Source: an uncultured Spirochaetales bacterium (GTDB lineage Bacteria; Spirochaetota; Spirochaetia; CAYLLE01). Taken from it: a stretch of DNA of 30,992 bases. Position 1 is the first letter of the stretch. Each line of letters begins with the position of its first letter. Location: assembly GCA_964618265.1 (NCBI GenBank), contig CAZUAE010000037.1, positions 1 to 30,992 on the forward strand. The letters run 5' to 3'. Position numbers and translations under genes: made by a program. This document shows positions 16,534 through 25,130 of the stretch, one piece after another. The notes under the pieces were generated by a model. The model saw only the letters and a list, made by a program, of their open reading frames with translations. It was not told the origin of the DNA and made no database searches.

Positions 16534-17286
16534 CTAATCCGGGATTTCCAGGGTGCTTCCTGTCCCTAAGCGGAGCGACGCGAAAATATTAAAAAACATG
16601 GTTTGTACCGGAAAATCGACACAGTGCATGGGAAAAAGATGTTCGGGGTTTTCTTTACGAAAATAGGATAGAGTTTCTTCTAAGCCCGGAGAGTCTTTAG
16701 ACAGATGGAAACCGCCTAAAACCAGGTAGAGACCCTGGCCGGTAATCCTCTTTGCCTGTTCACAAATATTACAGATTCCCGAGTGGGAACATCCGGTTAT
16801 AACCGCTGCGCCCCGGGGAGTTGCTATCGCCAGGGCGGAATCGTCCCGCATCGGATCGTCCTTATAACGCCCTGGTTCGAAATTTGTGGTTCTCTTAATT
16901 TCTCCTAGGTAAAATATCCCTTTCGATATCTCAATAGGGTCAATACTCGCTTCCTGTAAAAAAGAGTTTATTGTTATTTTTTGCAATTTGGGAGGCAGTT
17001 TTCTGAATAATTCGGGATGTCCGATCAGTCTTTTCTTCTGATTAAAAGTATAATGCAGGAGTCCTTGGGTGTGATCCCAGTGGTAATGGGAGATGACGAT
17101 GGTATCAATTAGATCAAGATCTACACCCAAACTCCTTGCATTTGATGCAAAAATCCCGCTGTGTCCAGTGTCAAAAAGGATCTTCACACCATGGGTTTCG
17201 ATGAATACCGATAACCCCCACTCAGCTACGCAATTCCTTTTAGCTTCCGGAGAGACAGTATTTTCTGCCAGTATGGTTATCTTCAT
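16534..17286 (-). CDS. MBL-fold metallo-hydrolase
   Basis: HxHxDH motif (ISHYHWDHTQG). Metallo-beta-lactamase-like layout with downstream His/Asp/Cys ligand candidates. 250 aa. Confidence 0.8.
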   Translation of the reverse strand: MKITILAENTVSPEAKRNCVAEWGLSVFIETHGVKILFDTGHSGIFASNARSLGVDLDLIDTIVISHYHWDHTQGLLHYTFNQKKRLIGHPELFRKLPPKLQKITINSFLQEASIDPIEISKGIFYLGEIKRTTNFEPGRYKDDPMRDDSALAIATPRGAAVITGCSHSGICNICEQAKRITGQGLYLVLGGFHLSKDSPGLEETLSYFRKENPEHLFPMHCVDFPVQTMFFNIFASLRLGTGSTLEIPD

Positions 17287-17384
17287 AGGTTTTATTCTGA
17301 TAAAGGCTTTTCGGAAGTTTGGTCTATTGAGTGAAAAATTAAAAACACCCGATAGTTTTAATCCGAAATGCTTCTATACTAATA

Positions 17385-17816
17385 CTACACCAAACTCCTG
17401 AGTTCTTCCGGCATGTTAGTTCTCACATCTTCCATTTCTCCTTCAGTTACATAATTCTTTTTTATGAAACCCAAGGTGGCTTTGATGATTTCTTCCGTTG
17501 ATTCAGGCCAGTCAAAATCGGATTCTCCGTATTTTCTCTGATGTTCCTTCACTTTCTCGGCAAACTCCGCAATGCTTTTAAGCCTGTCCGGTTTTTCCTT
17601 GTATTTCCAATCGTCCACGTACAAAGCTTTAATATACATGGGAAGCTGGGCTAAGAAATCAAGGTTTTCACTCATCGAGATTCTGTCCCGCAGAGTATGA
17701 AGCACAGCTCTGATTATTTTGCCGGTCTGGACAATGTCGTTCTCATGTCCCAGCTCCTTTGCTAAATGTTTGACAAATACGTTTCCTTCGGTTGTATATT
17801 TTTCAAAGTTTAACAT
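17385..17816 (-). CDS. DUF2267-family protein
   Basis: IIRAVLHTLRDRISMSENLDFLAQLP matches the DUF2267 pattern. Strong RBS (AAGGAGGAA, 5 nt spacer) precedes an internal ATG at 17816. The track ORF extends upstream to 17891 without RBS support. Confidence 0.65.
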   Translation of the reverse strand: MLNFEKYTTEGNVFVKHLAKELGHENDIVQTGKIIRAVLHTLRDRISMSENLDFLAQLPMYIKALYVDDWKYKEKPDRLKSIAEFAEKVKEHQRKYGESDFDWPESTEEIIKATLGFIKKNYVTEGEMEDVRTNMPEELRSLV

Positions 17817-18145
17817 AACGTTCCTCCTTAATGTTAAGTTAAAAAAATATTCAGTTATCAGCAAGTTCCGGTGTCTTCCAGAAGAACCCAACGGAAAAGC
17901 CTGCCACGATCAAATGTTTACAAAGCAGCACTGGATTATTTCCGATCTTATTGTTTTAGAATCGGTTCATTTTCCGGAAGGAAAGCCCGAACAGATGTAC
18001 CGAAAACCCGGGGGCGCGGAAAAAAACTGTTCTTACTTGAGACGGGTACCGGCAGCCGTTCATCCATCTGGAAAATCGTGCTCATGGTTTTAATAACGGG
18101 GGGAACATTTTTTGCCGCCCGATTTTTTCATAAGAAATATAACGT

Positions 18146-19294
18146 CTAAGGCAGTTCGGGGCCGAAAAACAGGATTTTCGAAATACAGAGCATATCTTCG
18201 TTTCCGGTTCCTTGGTAGATATCCTTTACGGTCATCTCCAGATTCTCTCCCTCTGCCGGAGGAAGAGTAATCACTACCGGTTCCCAGGAATCAGGAACCG
18301 CTTTTTGCAATATTTTTTTCTGATCAAGTTTCATCTCGAACGTTTTGATTCTATTCTTTTGTTTAAATTCCGTATAATCCCGGGTTACTCCGTTGAATAA
18401 AACCATTTTACTGATTTTCGCCGTATCCGGAAAACTAAAGTAGAGTGTAATCCCGCTCCCAGGTCCCTCGGCCCCTTCCGCGAAATAATCAGCAGTGTCA
18501 AAATGGGGTGACTGAATGTCAGAGGGATAAACTTCATAAGCACCGGCAAACTCATATTCGATTGCCGTCAAGGAATTATGGGGATCGCTAAAAACCCCGG
18601 TAATCATATCCGGAGTATAGAGGACGAGAATGCCCTGATCATATATGTAATACCACGATTCATCTTCGGTATGGATCATTTTACCCCGCTCCGTTGTTTC
18701 GATTCTGAATGTTCCTTTCCTTTCGGTGACATGGTCCTTCGGCTCTTGAGGTATAACTTCCTTCCATAGAAAACTGCCTTCTTTATTAAATGTGATGACG
18801 GAAGTGCCGTATGTACCTATCCGGGTGAATTCTTTCTCGTAAATAGTCTCTATCTCTCCGCCATCCGGGAGTGAGGCGGTTTCGGAGGACTCGTAGGCGC
18901 CGCTAAAGGAAACGCCGAATCCAGCTAAATTCCCCGTCTCAACTACCTCTAACATATGGTCTTGGAATGAAAATGTAAGGGAATTACCGCTGCCGTCTTT
19001 CCATTCTCCCCGACCGTTTTCAAAAGTTACCGACCCGTTCACTTCGCCGAACCGTATATTATCCGGATTTTCTTTGTCCTGGGTATATGCTTCCCCCTCG
19101 AACATGATATCACCCGATTCCGTTTGCGTGAATTCGAAATAAGCGTCTCCCTCAGGGGTTTCGTACATTCCGGGGATAACAACATCTTCCGAAGCTGAAT
19201 TTGTTTGGGAGGAATTATTCTCTTTTGTACAGGAGAAAATCAAAAAAATAAATAAAGCGGTAAAAAGAATCATCGCTGGTTTTTTTCTGCTCAA
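18146..19294 (-). CDS. Lipoprotein of unknown function
   Basis: N-terminus MSRKKPAMILFTALFIFLIFSCTKEN has a positive n-region, a hydrophobic core and an L-I-F-S-C lipobox. TTG start with GAGGG 8 nt upstream. Starts 10 nt after the preceding small membrane protein gene. Confidence 0.65.
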   Translation of the reverse strand: MSRKKPAMILFTALFIFLIFSCTKENNSSQTNSASEDVVIPGMYETPEGDAYFEFTQTESGDIMFEGEAYTQDKENPDNIRFGEVNGSVTFENGRGEWKDGSGNSLTFSFQDHMLEVVETGNLAGFGVSFSGAYESSETASLPDGGEIETIYEKEFTRIGTYGTSVITFNKEGSFLWKEVIPQEPKDHVTERKGTFRIETTERGKMIHTEDESWYYIYDQGILVLYTPDMITGVFSDPHNSLTAIEYEFAGAYEVYPSDIQSPHFDTADYFAEGAEGPGSGITLYFSFPDTAKISKMVLFNGVTRDYTEFKQKNRIKTFEMKLDQKKILQKAVPDSWEPVVITLPPAEGENLEMTVKDIYQGTGNEDMLCISKILFFGPELP

Positions 19295-19304
19295 GTTTAT
19301 ACCC

Positions 19305-19637
19305 TCACGAAATATTTTTCCGGATAATCACATAACCGATTCCGACTGCTAACAGTATCATCAGCCCTATAGTTAAAACTGTACCCGCGGTTTTTCCCAT
19401 ATGCACATTTAAAAACCTGAAAAAAAAGCATCCCGCGGGAATAAGAAGAGGCCAAATAAGACTATATACAACAGCCGCCGCCCATAGTGTGTCCCCGTCG
19501 TATAATTTTTTACTGTCGGGATAAAGAACATACACGAATAGCGGCCGGAATATTTGGAGGATTATCCCGCCGGGTAATCCCATTGTTATATACCCGGCTG
19601 CTATAAGGATGCCGGCAAGAATGATACATGTAATCAT
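19305..19637 (-). CDS. Small integral membrane protein (about 4 TM), unknown function
   Basis: 110 aa, almost entirely hydrophobic helices. Tightly linked upstream of the lipoprotein gene. No clear RBS. Confidence 0.45.
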   Translation of the reverse strand: MITCIILAGILIAAGYITMGLPGGIILQIFRPLFVYVLYPDSKKLYDGDTLWAAAVVYSLIWPLLIPAGCFFFRFLNVHMGKTAGTVLTIGLMILLAVGIGYVIIRKNIS

Positions 19638-19731
19638 CGAGCTTAAATATACAGCACCGAATACATTTTTTCTAATGTAAGCTGTTTTATTTATACCGAA
19701 AAAATTGAATTGTGAGGTATACTATATAATC

Positions 19732-20865
19732 ATGATACAGTTGGTAAAAGAAAAAAACGGTATGCTTAATACGGTAATGTATCCGGGTGACGTCCGGGCC
19801 GCTTGGTTTTTTCTGTCTTTAGCCGCTATAACCGGATTAGGAGCGGTGCTTTTAATGGTGATGAACCCTATGGGAAATCCGGTGATTTTCTTTTTCCCGG
19901 CTCTGCTTCTGTTTATTGGTATATTGAATTTTAGCCGGATGAAGAAGACAAGAATAAAGATGGACGGGAATAACGGCAGTATTGAATCTGACGGTGAACA
20001 GAGGTGTATCAAAGCTGTCTATGTTTGGCCCCACATCCGGAGGACACGGGGATACAGCGTTTATTCTCCGAATTACTACAACTCCCTTTTCTTCGGTATT
20101 GCCGCTGTTTTTGAGCACCAAGGCTCCGATTGGCAGCAGGTTTTGGAAAAATATGAGGATGTTCCGGACAGTCTTTACAGCCGGGAAGGGGATGTCGCGG
20201 CAGCGCTTGAGAAAATGGTAAAGGACGCGAAAACAGTTACGATCCTTTCCAGGCTATTCCCCGTATATAAGGCGGCAAAAGATTTGGGAACCCGTCTGCA
20301 GGTTCCTGTTATCATTGCCCTCTCCGGGCGTCCTGAAATCTGGTATCCTTCCGAAATCGGAAAACCCCTCAAAACACGGATTTCAAAATACAGCAAAAAG
20401 GAGCTGCCGGAACCGGAATTGGGATCGGTGAAAACGGAGATACGGGATGGAGTTCTTACCTTCTCCTGGACTCAAAAGAAGCTGCTTGGTCTGATAATTC
20501 CTCTCGTTGCGGCATTGATACTCTTTGTGGTGGCAGCGGGGTCAGCCGCCGAGGGTGCCTATGCAGTCAGCGGAATCCTTGCGGCACTGGGACTTGGATT
20601 TGCCGGATCGGGGCTTCTCTTTTTTCAGGGGCACGGGAAAAATGTGCTGGAGGTGGATCAGTTCGAGGTCCGGTATACCTGGTTCCGGCCCTGGAAAAAA
20701 ACCCGATGGATCACCAGCGATGAGATCGAAGCAATTCTACCGAACCGTACTACCGAGCGGGCCGTGTATTTTGTAGGAGACAGGGAGAAAATTAGGATTT
20801 CCATGGATCGGGAAAATGTCCAGGGAGTGAAAGAAGCTATATACCGATACTTAAGTTCCGGTTAA
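19732..20865 (+). CDS. Membrane protein with two tandem [2-TM + bacterial PH-like (YdbS/YdbT-type, DUF304)] modules
   Basis: Two repeats: a hydrophobic helix pair (FFLSLAAITGLGAVLLMV / VIFFFPALLLFIGIL and LIIPLVAALILFVVAAG / GILAALGLGFAGSGLLFF), each followed by a soluble segment. The second segment (EVDQFEVRYTWFRPWKKTRWITSDEIEAI...VYFVGDREKIRISMD) looks like a bPH domain. ATG at about 19732 (MIQLVK) is preferred over the upstream alternative start in the track. Confidence 0.55.
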   Translation: MIQLVKEKNGMLNTVMYPGDVRAAWFFLSLAAITGLGAVLLMVMNPMGNPVIFFFPALLLFIGILNFSRMKKTRIKMDGNNGSIESDGEQRCIKAVYVWPHIRRTRGYSVYSPNYYNSLFFGIAAVFEHQGSDWQQVLEKYEDVPDSLYSREGDVAAALEKMVKDAKTVTILSRLFPVYKAAKDLGTRLQVPVIIALSGRPEIWYPSEIGKPLKTRISKYSKKELPEPELGSVKTEIRDGVLTFSWTQKKLLGLIIPLVAALILFVVAAGSAAEGAYAVSGILAALGLGFAGSGLLFFQGHGKNVLEVDQFEVRYTWFRPWKKTRWITSDEIEAILPNRTTERAVYFVGDREKIRISMDRENVQGVKEAIYRYLSSG

Positions 20866-21461
20866 TTCACCGAAGGTTTAAACCCGGTTTCAGCAGCGAC
20901 CCAATATATCCCGCCCTTTTTCCGGAGCGCGTCCTGCCATGCCGAATCGGGGTCTTTTGAGAAGACCAAATCACTCCGGGCGGAAAGGGTGAGCCAGGTA
21001 TCTTCTTCCAATTCCCGCTCAAGCTGTCCGGGAGACCATCCTGAATAACCGGCATAAAACCGGAAGTCCGGCCGATCCCGGGCGGGGGTTTCCTCCCACC
21101 GTTCTCGTAAGTACTTATCGATTAACGAGAAGTCGGGTTCGAAATAGACCCCGTGTACCGGAGACAGAATATGCTCACTTTGATACGGTTTTGGAATTCC
21201 GGAATGCAGGGTAAAGAGATACTGCTGCTCTACGGGTCCTCCATAGTAGATGGGCAATTCACCCTGAGGAATGTCCGCATATGGTTCCAAAACCTCTCCT
21301 AATGTAACCTCTGTTTCTCTATTTACAACCAAGCCAAAAGCCCCTTCCCCGTTATGGTCCAGCATGAGGATAATGGTACGGTGAAAATTGGGGTCACCCA
21401 ATTCTACTTCAGCGATGAGAAATTTCCCGGAAAGGAATTCTTGGTTTTTAGATTCTCCCAT
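20862..21461 (-). CDS. YqgE/AlgH-family protein (UPF0301, DUF179)
   Basis: 199 aa, colinear with E. coli YqgE: GDPNFHRTIILMLDHNGEGAFGLVVNR...YYGGPVEQQYLFTLH...GYSGWSPGQLERELEEDTWL. Confidence 0.8.
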   Translation of the reverse strand: MGESKNQEFLSGKFLIAEVELGDPNFHRTIILMLDHNGEGAFGLVVNRETEVTLGEVLEPYADIPQGELPIYYGGPVEQQYLFTLHSGIPKPYQSEHILSPVHGVYFEPDFSLIDKYLRERWEETPARDRPDFRFYAGYSGWSPGQLERELEEDTWLTLSARSDLVFSKDPDSAWQDALRKKGGIYWVAAETGFKPSVN

Positions 21462-21609
21462 ATCAGTAATATACTAATTATGAAATCAAGTTCCAATACT
21501 CATTCCTGAGCTTTTATTAGAAATAAATCCCCTTTCTGCTGCCTAACGGAATTTATATATACGGGGTTCGTACCTTACAATTTTGGTCTGTAATTAAATA
21601 AACATTTTC

Positions 21610-21638
21610 TTGACAGCTCAAGATGGTTGTACTATCAT
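21610..21638 (+). promoter_or_regulatory. Sigma70-like promoter of the GntR operon: TTGACA-N17-TATCAT
   Basis: Perfect -35 hexamer TTGACA at about 21610-21615, a 17-nt spacer, and TATCAT at about 21633-21638. This sits about 35 nt upstream of the GGAGG RBS and GTG of the GntR gene. Confidence 0.45.
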
Positions 21639-21660
21639 TGTACTAGTACATTAGTACAAT
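21637..21660 (+). promoter_or_regulatory. 24-nt imperfect palindrome ATTGTACTA-gtacat-TAGTACAAT (candidate GntR/YtrA autoregulatory operator) overlapping the -10 and the transcription start region
   Basis: Perfect 9-nt inverted arms flank a 6-nt centre that contains the embedded palindrome TGTACTAGTACA. GntR-family operators typically carry a GT..AC core. It lies between the -10 and the RBS of the regulator's own gene. Confidence 0.45.
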
Positions 21661-21671
21661 TGGAGGCGCGG

Positions 21672-22073
21672 GTGAAGGATGATCATGTTTTAACCTTCAA
21701 CTTAGATCCAAAGAGCGGTGTTCCCTATTACAAGCAAATAATTCAACAGGTACAGATGGCTGTTGCTGATGGAAGGCTAAAAAGGGGCAGTCAGCTGCCG
21801 ACGGTACGCGGGCTCGCGGTAGATATCCAGGTTAATCCCAACACGGTAGCACGGGCCTACAATGAGCTTGAAATCCGGGGAATTGTGAATACTCAGCAGG
21901 GAACCGGTACCTTTATAAGCGATAAAAAAATATCCCTCTCTCAGATAGAACGGGAACAGGTTTTATCCCGGATTTGTAAGGATTTTTATACAAAATTAAA
22001 TAGTTATGGATTAAGTATAGATGAAGCTTTTGAAATTCTCAGAGAATTCAAAGATCATCCCGAAAGGAGTTAA
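21672..22073 (+). CDS. GntR-family transcriptional regulator, short YtrA-like subfamily
   Basis: wHTH signature VPYYKQIIQQVQMAVADGRLKRGSQLPTVRGLAVDIQVNPNTVARAYNELEIRGIV with a short C-terminal helical tail, about 130 aa. GTG at 21672 with GGAGG 5 nt upstream. The track ORF starts at an upstream TTG that lies inside the promoter. Immediately followed by an ABC-2 transporter operon. Confidence 0.8.
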   Translation: MKDDHVLTFNLDPKSGVPYYKQIIQQVQMAVADGRLKRGSQLPTVRGLAVDIQVNPNTVARAYNELEIRGIVNTQQGTGTFISDKKISLSQIEREQVLSRICKDFYTKLNSYGLSIDEAFEILREFKDHPERS

Positions 22074-22076
22074 TCA

Positions 22077-23225
22077 ATGAAATATTTTAGGCAATCATTA
22101 AATCGTGTTAAAAACCAGCGGGGTATCATATTAACAAAAGACTACCATTACAACATTTTTTCCTTCCTGCTCCTTGCGCCCTTTATCGGTGCAGGCATCG
22201 CTCTGCAGTACACCTTATTCCCGCTAATTGATATTCATGCCCTGGCTGTAATACTTGCCGCGACTCTTGGAGCTGTTACTTTCATTGCTGTGTTTCCCCT
22301 TTGGTCAACGGTATTTAAAATCATACTCTTAGGATGGATTCTGATGTTTGCCCTTCTGGATCCGGAATATGCCCCTCTTTTCGGATTTATTTCCTTAGGA
22401 TTGATTGTCTCCCCCTCGGTGCAGCTTATTTATCAGTGGGACAAGGCGGTCGTTCTTAGGGCCGGAAGGTTTAATAAAGTACTCAATGCAGGTATCTTTC
22501 TGCTGGTACCCATTGTGGACAGGATCGCGGAGTTTGTGGACACGCGGATCCGGGCGACCGATTTTTCCGCGGAAAAATGTTTGACAAAAGATACCGTTCC
22601 TGTGCACGTGGATGCTTTAGCATTTTGGATGATATGGGACGCAAAACGGGCAATTCTGGAGGTTGAGAATTTCGTGGAAGCTGTTGTGCTTTCCGCTCAA
22701 ACCGCTTTGCGGGATTCAATCGGACGTCACGATTTAGCGGACCTTCTTTCGGAACGGGAAAAGCTGGGTAATGAGATTCAGCGTGTACTGGATGCCAAAA
22801 CAAACCCTTGGGGGATAACCATTCTTTCTATTGAGTTTACAGACATCATCATTCCGCAAAAGCTAGAAGACGCCATGAGTAAACAGGCCCAAGCAGAACG
22901 CGAAAGACAGAGCAGGATAATCCTGGGGACCGCTGAGGTGGAGATCGCGGAAAAATTCCGGGAAGCCTCCAAGAAATATGCCGATAATCCAACAGCGCTG
23001 CAGCTTAGAGCGATGAATATGGTTTATGAGGGCATACGTTCTAAAGGATCCATGATGATACTTCCGTCCAGTGCTTTGGATTCCATGAATCTGGGTACGG
23101 TTATGGGTACAGCCGCCTTTGGAAAAGAGAACATCTCTGGATTAAGATTTCCCGGACAAAAGGAAACGGATAGTGAAGAAAAAAAAGATTCGCCTCAGGA
23201 GAATGGAGGAGAAAATGATGATTAA
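22077..23225 (+). CDS. SPFH/band-7 (stomatin-like) protein with a polytopic (about 4 TM) N-terminal membrane domain and an acidic C-terminal tail
   Basis: Strong stomatin-type core (VVLRAGRFNKVLNAGIFLLVPIVDRI...LTKDTVPVHVDALAFWMIWDAKRAILEVENF...LSEREKLGNEIQRVLDAKTNPWGITILSIEFTDIIIPQKLEDAMSKQAQAERERQ...ALQLRAMNM). Four hydrophobic helices in the first ~115 aa. AAGGAG RBS. Starts 3 nt after the GntR stop. Confidence 0.85.
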   Translation: MKYFRQSLNRVKNQRGIILTKDYHYNIFSFLLLAPFIGAGIALQYTLFPLIDIHALAVILAATLGAVTFIAVFPLWSTVFKIILLGWILMFALLDPEYAPLFGFISLGLIVSPSVQLIYQWDKAVVLRAGRFNKVLNAGIFLLVPIVDRIAEFVDTRIRATDFSAEKCLTKDTVPVHVDALAFWMIWDAKRAILEVENFVEAVVLSAQTALRDSIGRHDLADLLSEREKLGNEIQRVLDAKTNPWGITILSIEFTDIIIPQKLEDAMSKQAQAERERQSRIILGTAEVEIAEKFREASKKYADNPTALQLRAMNMVYEGIRSKGSMMILPSSALDSMNLGTVMGTAAFGKENISGLRFPGQKETDSEEKKDSPQENGGENDD

Positions 23226-24075
23226 GGTTAATGGTCTGTATCATTCTTATACAAAAGATGAGAGGTATGCGGTAGAGGATGCCAGTTTCGAAATTGAAGA
23301 GGGGGAAGTCTTCGGTTTTCTCGGTCCATCCGGAGCAGGAAAATCAACAACCCAGGGAGTTTTAACCGGTCTGCTTCCAATTCAGCGGGGGGAGGTAAAT
23401 GTTGCCGGTTACGATATAAGAAAAGTATCCCGAGCGATGTTTAATAAGATCGGTGTTTCCTTTGAACAGTCAAACGTTTATGGAAAACTATCAGCCCTTG
23501 AAAATCTCGAGTTTTATCGGAAACTCTTTGATGTTCCCACACGGGAACCAATGGAACTGCTTGAATTGGCGGGGTTGGACCATGTTGCCCGGAAAAAGGC
23601 CGGCGAGTTTTCCAAGGGTATGAAACACCGGTTGACCTTTGTACGAAGCATGATCAACAATCCTCCCGTGTGGTTCCTGGATGAACCTACCACAGGCTTG
23701 GATCCGGCCATAGCCGGAAAAATCAAAGAGATTATCCGGGACCGGAAAAAGGAGGGAACGACAACGTTTCTCACAACCCACAATATGTTTGTCGCGGACG
23801 AGTTGTGCGATCGTGTAGCCTTTATCATAGATGGTAAAATTACCCTTATTGATTCTCCGAGGAATCTTAAACTCCAGTATGGAGAAAAAATCGTTGGAGT
23901 GGAATATCGGGATGACAAGGGAAATCTTAAAAAGGAAACCTTATCACTTCTTGATGAAAAGGAGCGGAAACATCTAATCGCTATTATCAATTCCGGAGGA
24001 ATTGAACTTATGCATACCCGGGAAGCGACTCTTGAAGAGATATTCATAAAGGTAACCGGGAGAGGGTTAAAATAA
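23215..24075 (+). CDS. ABC-2-type transporter ATP-binding protein
   Basis: Walker A GPSGAGKST, signature FSKGMKHRL, Walker B VWFLDEPTTGLD, H-loop TTHNM, and a C-terminal about 80-aa extension typical of ABC-2 ATPases. ATG-ATG at 23215 follows GGAGGA and overlaps the SPFH gene's last 3 codons. The track start at 23173 is an upstream extension. Confidence 0.9.
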   Translation: MMIKVNGLYHSYTKDERYAVEDASFEIEEGEVFGFLGPSGAGKSTTQGVLTGLLPIQRGEVNVAGYDIRKVSRAMFNKIGVSFEQSNVYGKLSALENLEFYRKLFDVPTREPMELLELAGLDHVARKKAGEFSKGMKHRLTFVRSMINNPPVWFLDEPTTGLDPAIAGKIKEIIRDRKKEGTTTFLTTHNMFVADELCDRVAFIIDGKITLIDSPRNLKLQYGEKIVGVEYRDDKGNLKKETLSLLDEKERKHLIAIINSGGIELMHTREATLEEIFIKVTGRGLK

Positions 24076-25112
24076 TGAAACTGTTGTATAGTTTTTTTAA
24101 GGATATCAAACTATCTGTGAAAAGTTTCTATTTTTACATGGAATTCGTATTTGCTTTGATATTTGTAGCGGTTATGGTTTTCCTAGTGCCTAAGCAGTTT
24201 GAGTCTACCATGAAAGTATATGCCTCTCTGGATTTACCTGCTTCCATGGAACGGATGGTTCAAGGAATGCTGGCTGAGGATGAGCGTTATACTGTGCAGG
24301 TTCTGGAATCTTCCGGGGAAGTCAAAAACCGTCTTTCAGAGGACCGAAGCGCGGTAGGACTTATCGTGGAACAGAAGGAAGGGAAGATAACATATAATTA
24401 TGTCCTTCAGGGTTTTGAAGGTGAGAAAGTAAAGAACATTCTGGAGACGACAATACGAGCAGGTATGGCTTCCCGTCTTCCGCAATATCGAGATGTGACG
24501 GAAGTAAAAACTCTGAAAGAAAAAAGCGAGATCCTCTCGGACCGTTTAAATATTCTGCCGGTATTCCTTACCATGAATGCTGCTTTTATGGGATTGTTCA
24601 TCATTGCCGCATATGTTTTTCTGGACAAGGGGGAAGGTACAATCCGGGCGTTTGCTGTTACCCCCGGTAGAGTCTGGCAGTATCTGGCAAGTAAAGTCGG
24701 AGTAATATTGGTAACAGGAGTAATTTCAGGACTCATTTCGGTTATTCCTATTGCCGGAGCAAAGGCTCATTACCCGCACTTAATAGTATTAGTCATTTGT
24801 ACCAATCTCTTTGGTTCTGCTTTCGGTCTTTTTATTGCCAGTTTTTTCGATACTCTACAGAAAGCCATGGGATGGCTGTATTTTGCGATAGTTATTCTTG
24901 CGGCAGCTTCGGTATCCTATTTTATGCCCTCCTTTAACCCCCTGATCATACGGATTCTGCCATCCTATCCTATGCTTTTTGCCTTTCGGGAAACGCTGCT
25001 TGCAAAGGGGAATGCCGGATATATATATACTGTGGCAGGAAGCTTTCTGGCTGCCGGCATAATTGTTTTTTTGATATCGAATTGGCGTTTCAAACGGACC
25101 CTTACGGTATAA
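24075..25112 (+). CDS. ABC-2 family transporter permease
   Basis: TAATG overlap with the ATPase stop. One N-terminal TM, a large extracytoplasmic loop, then 5 TM helices in the C-terminal half. This is the typical ABC-2 topology. Confidence 0.7.
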   Translation: MKLLYSFFKDIKLSVKSFYFYMEFVFALIFVAVMVFLVPKQFESTMKVYASLDLPASMERMVQGMLAEDERYTVQVLESSGEVKNRLSEDRSAVGLIVEQKEGKITYNYVLQGFEGEKVKNILETTIRAGMASRLPQYRDVTEVKTLKEKSEILSDRLNILPVFLTMNAAFMGLFIIAAYVFLDKGEGTIRAFAVTPGRVWQYLASKVGVILVTGVISGLISVIPIAGAKAHYPHLIVLVICTNLFGSAFGLFIASFFDTLQKAMGWLYFAIVILAAASVSYFMPSFNPLIIRILPSYPMLFAFRETLLAKGNAGYIYTVAGSFLAAGIIVFLISNWRFKRTLTV

Positions 25113-25130
25113 CGGCGGGAGGATAATACT

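Noticed and set aside
17340-17384. TAGTAT-TAGTAT direct repeat (minus-strand reading) between DUF2267 and the MBL gene, considered as a promoter or -10 element
   Set aside because: No convincing -35/-10 spacing could be built around it. Too short to call a repeat element.
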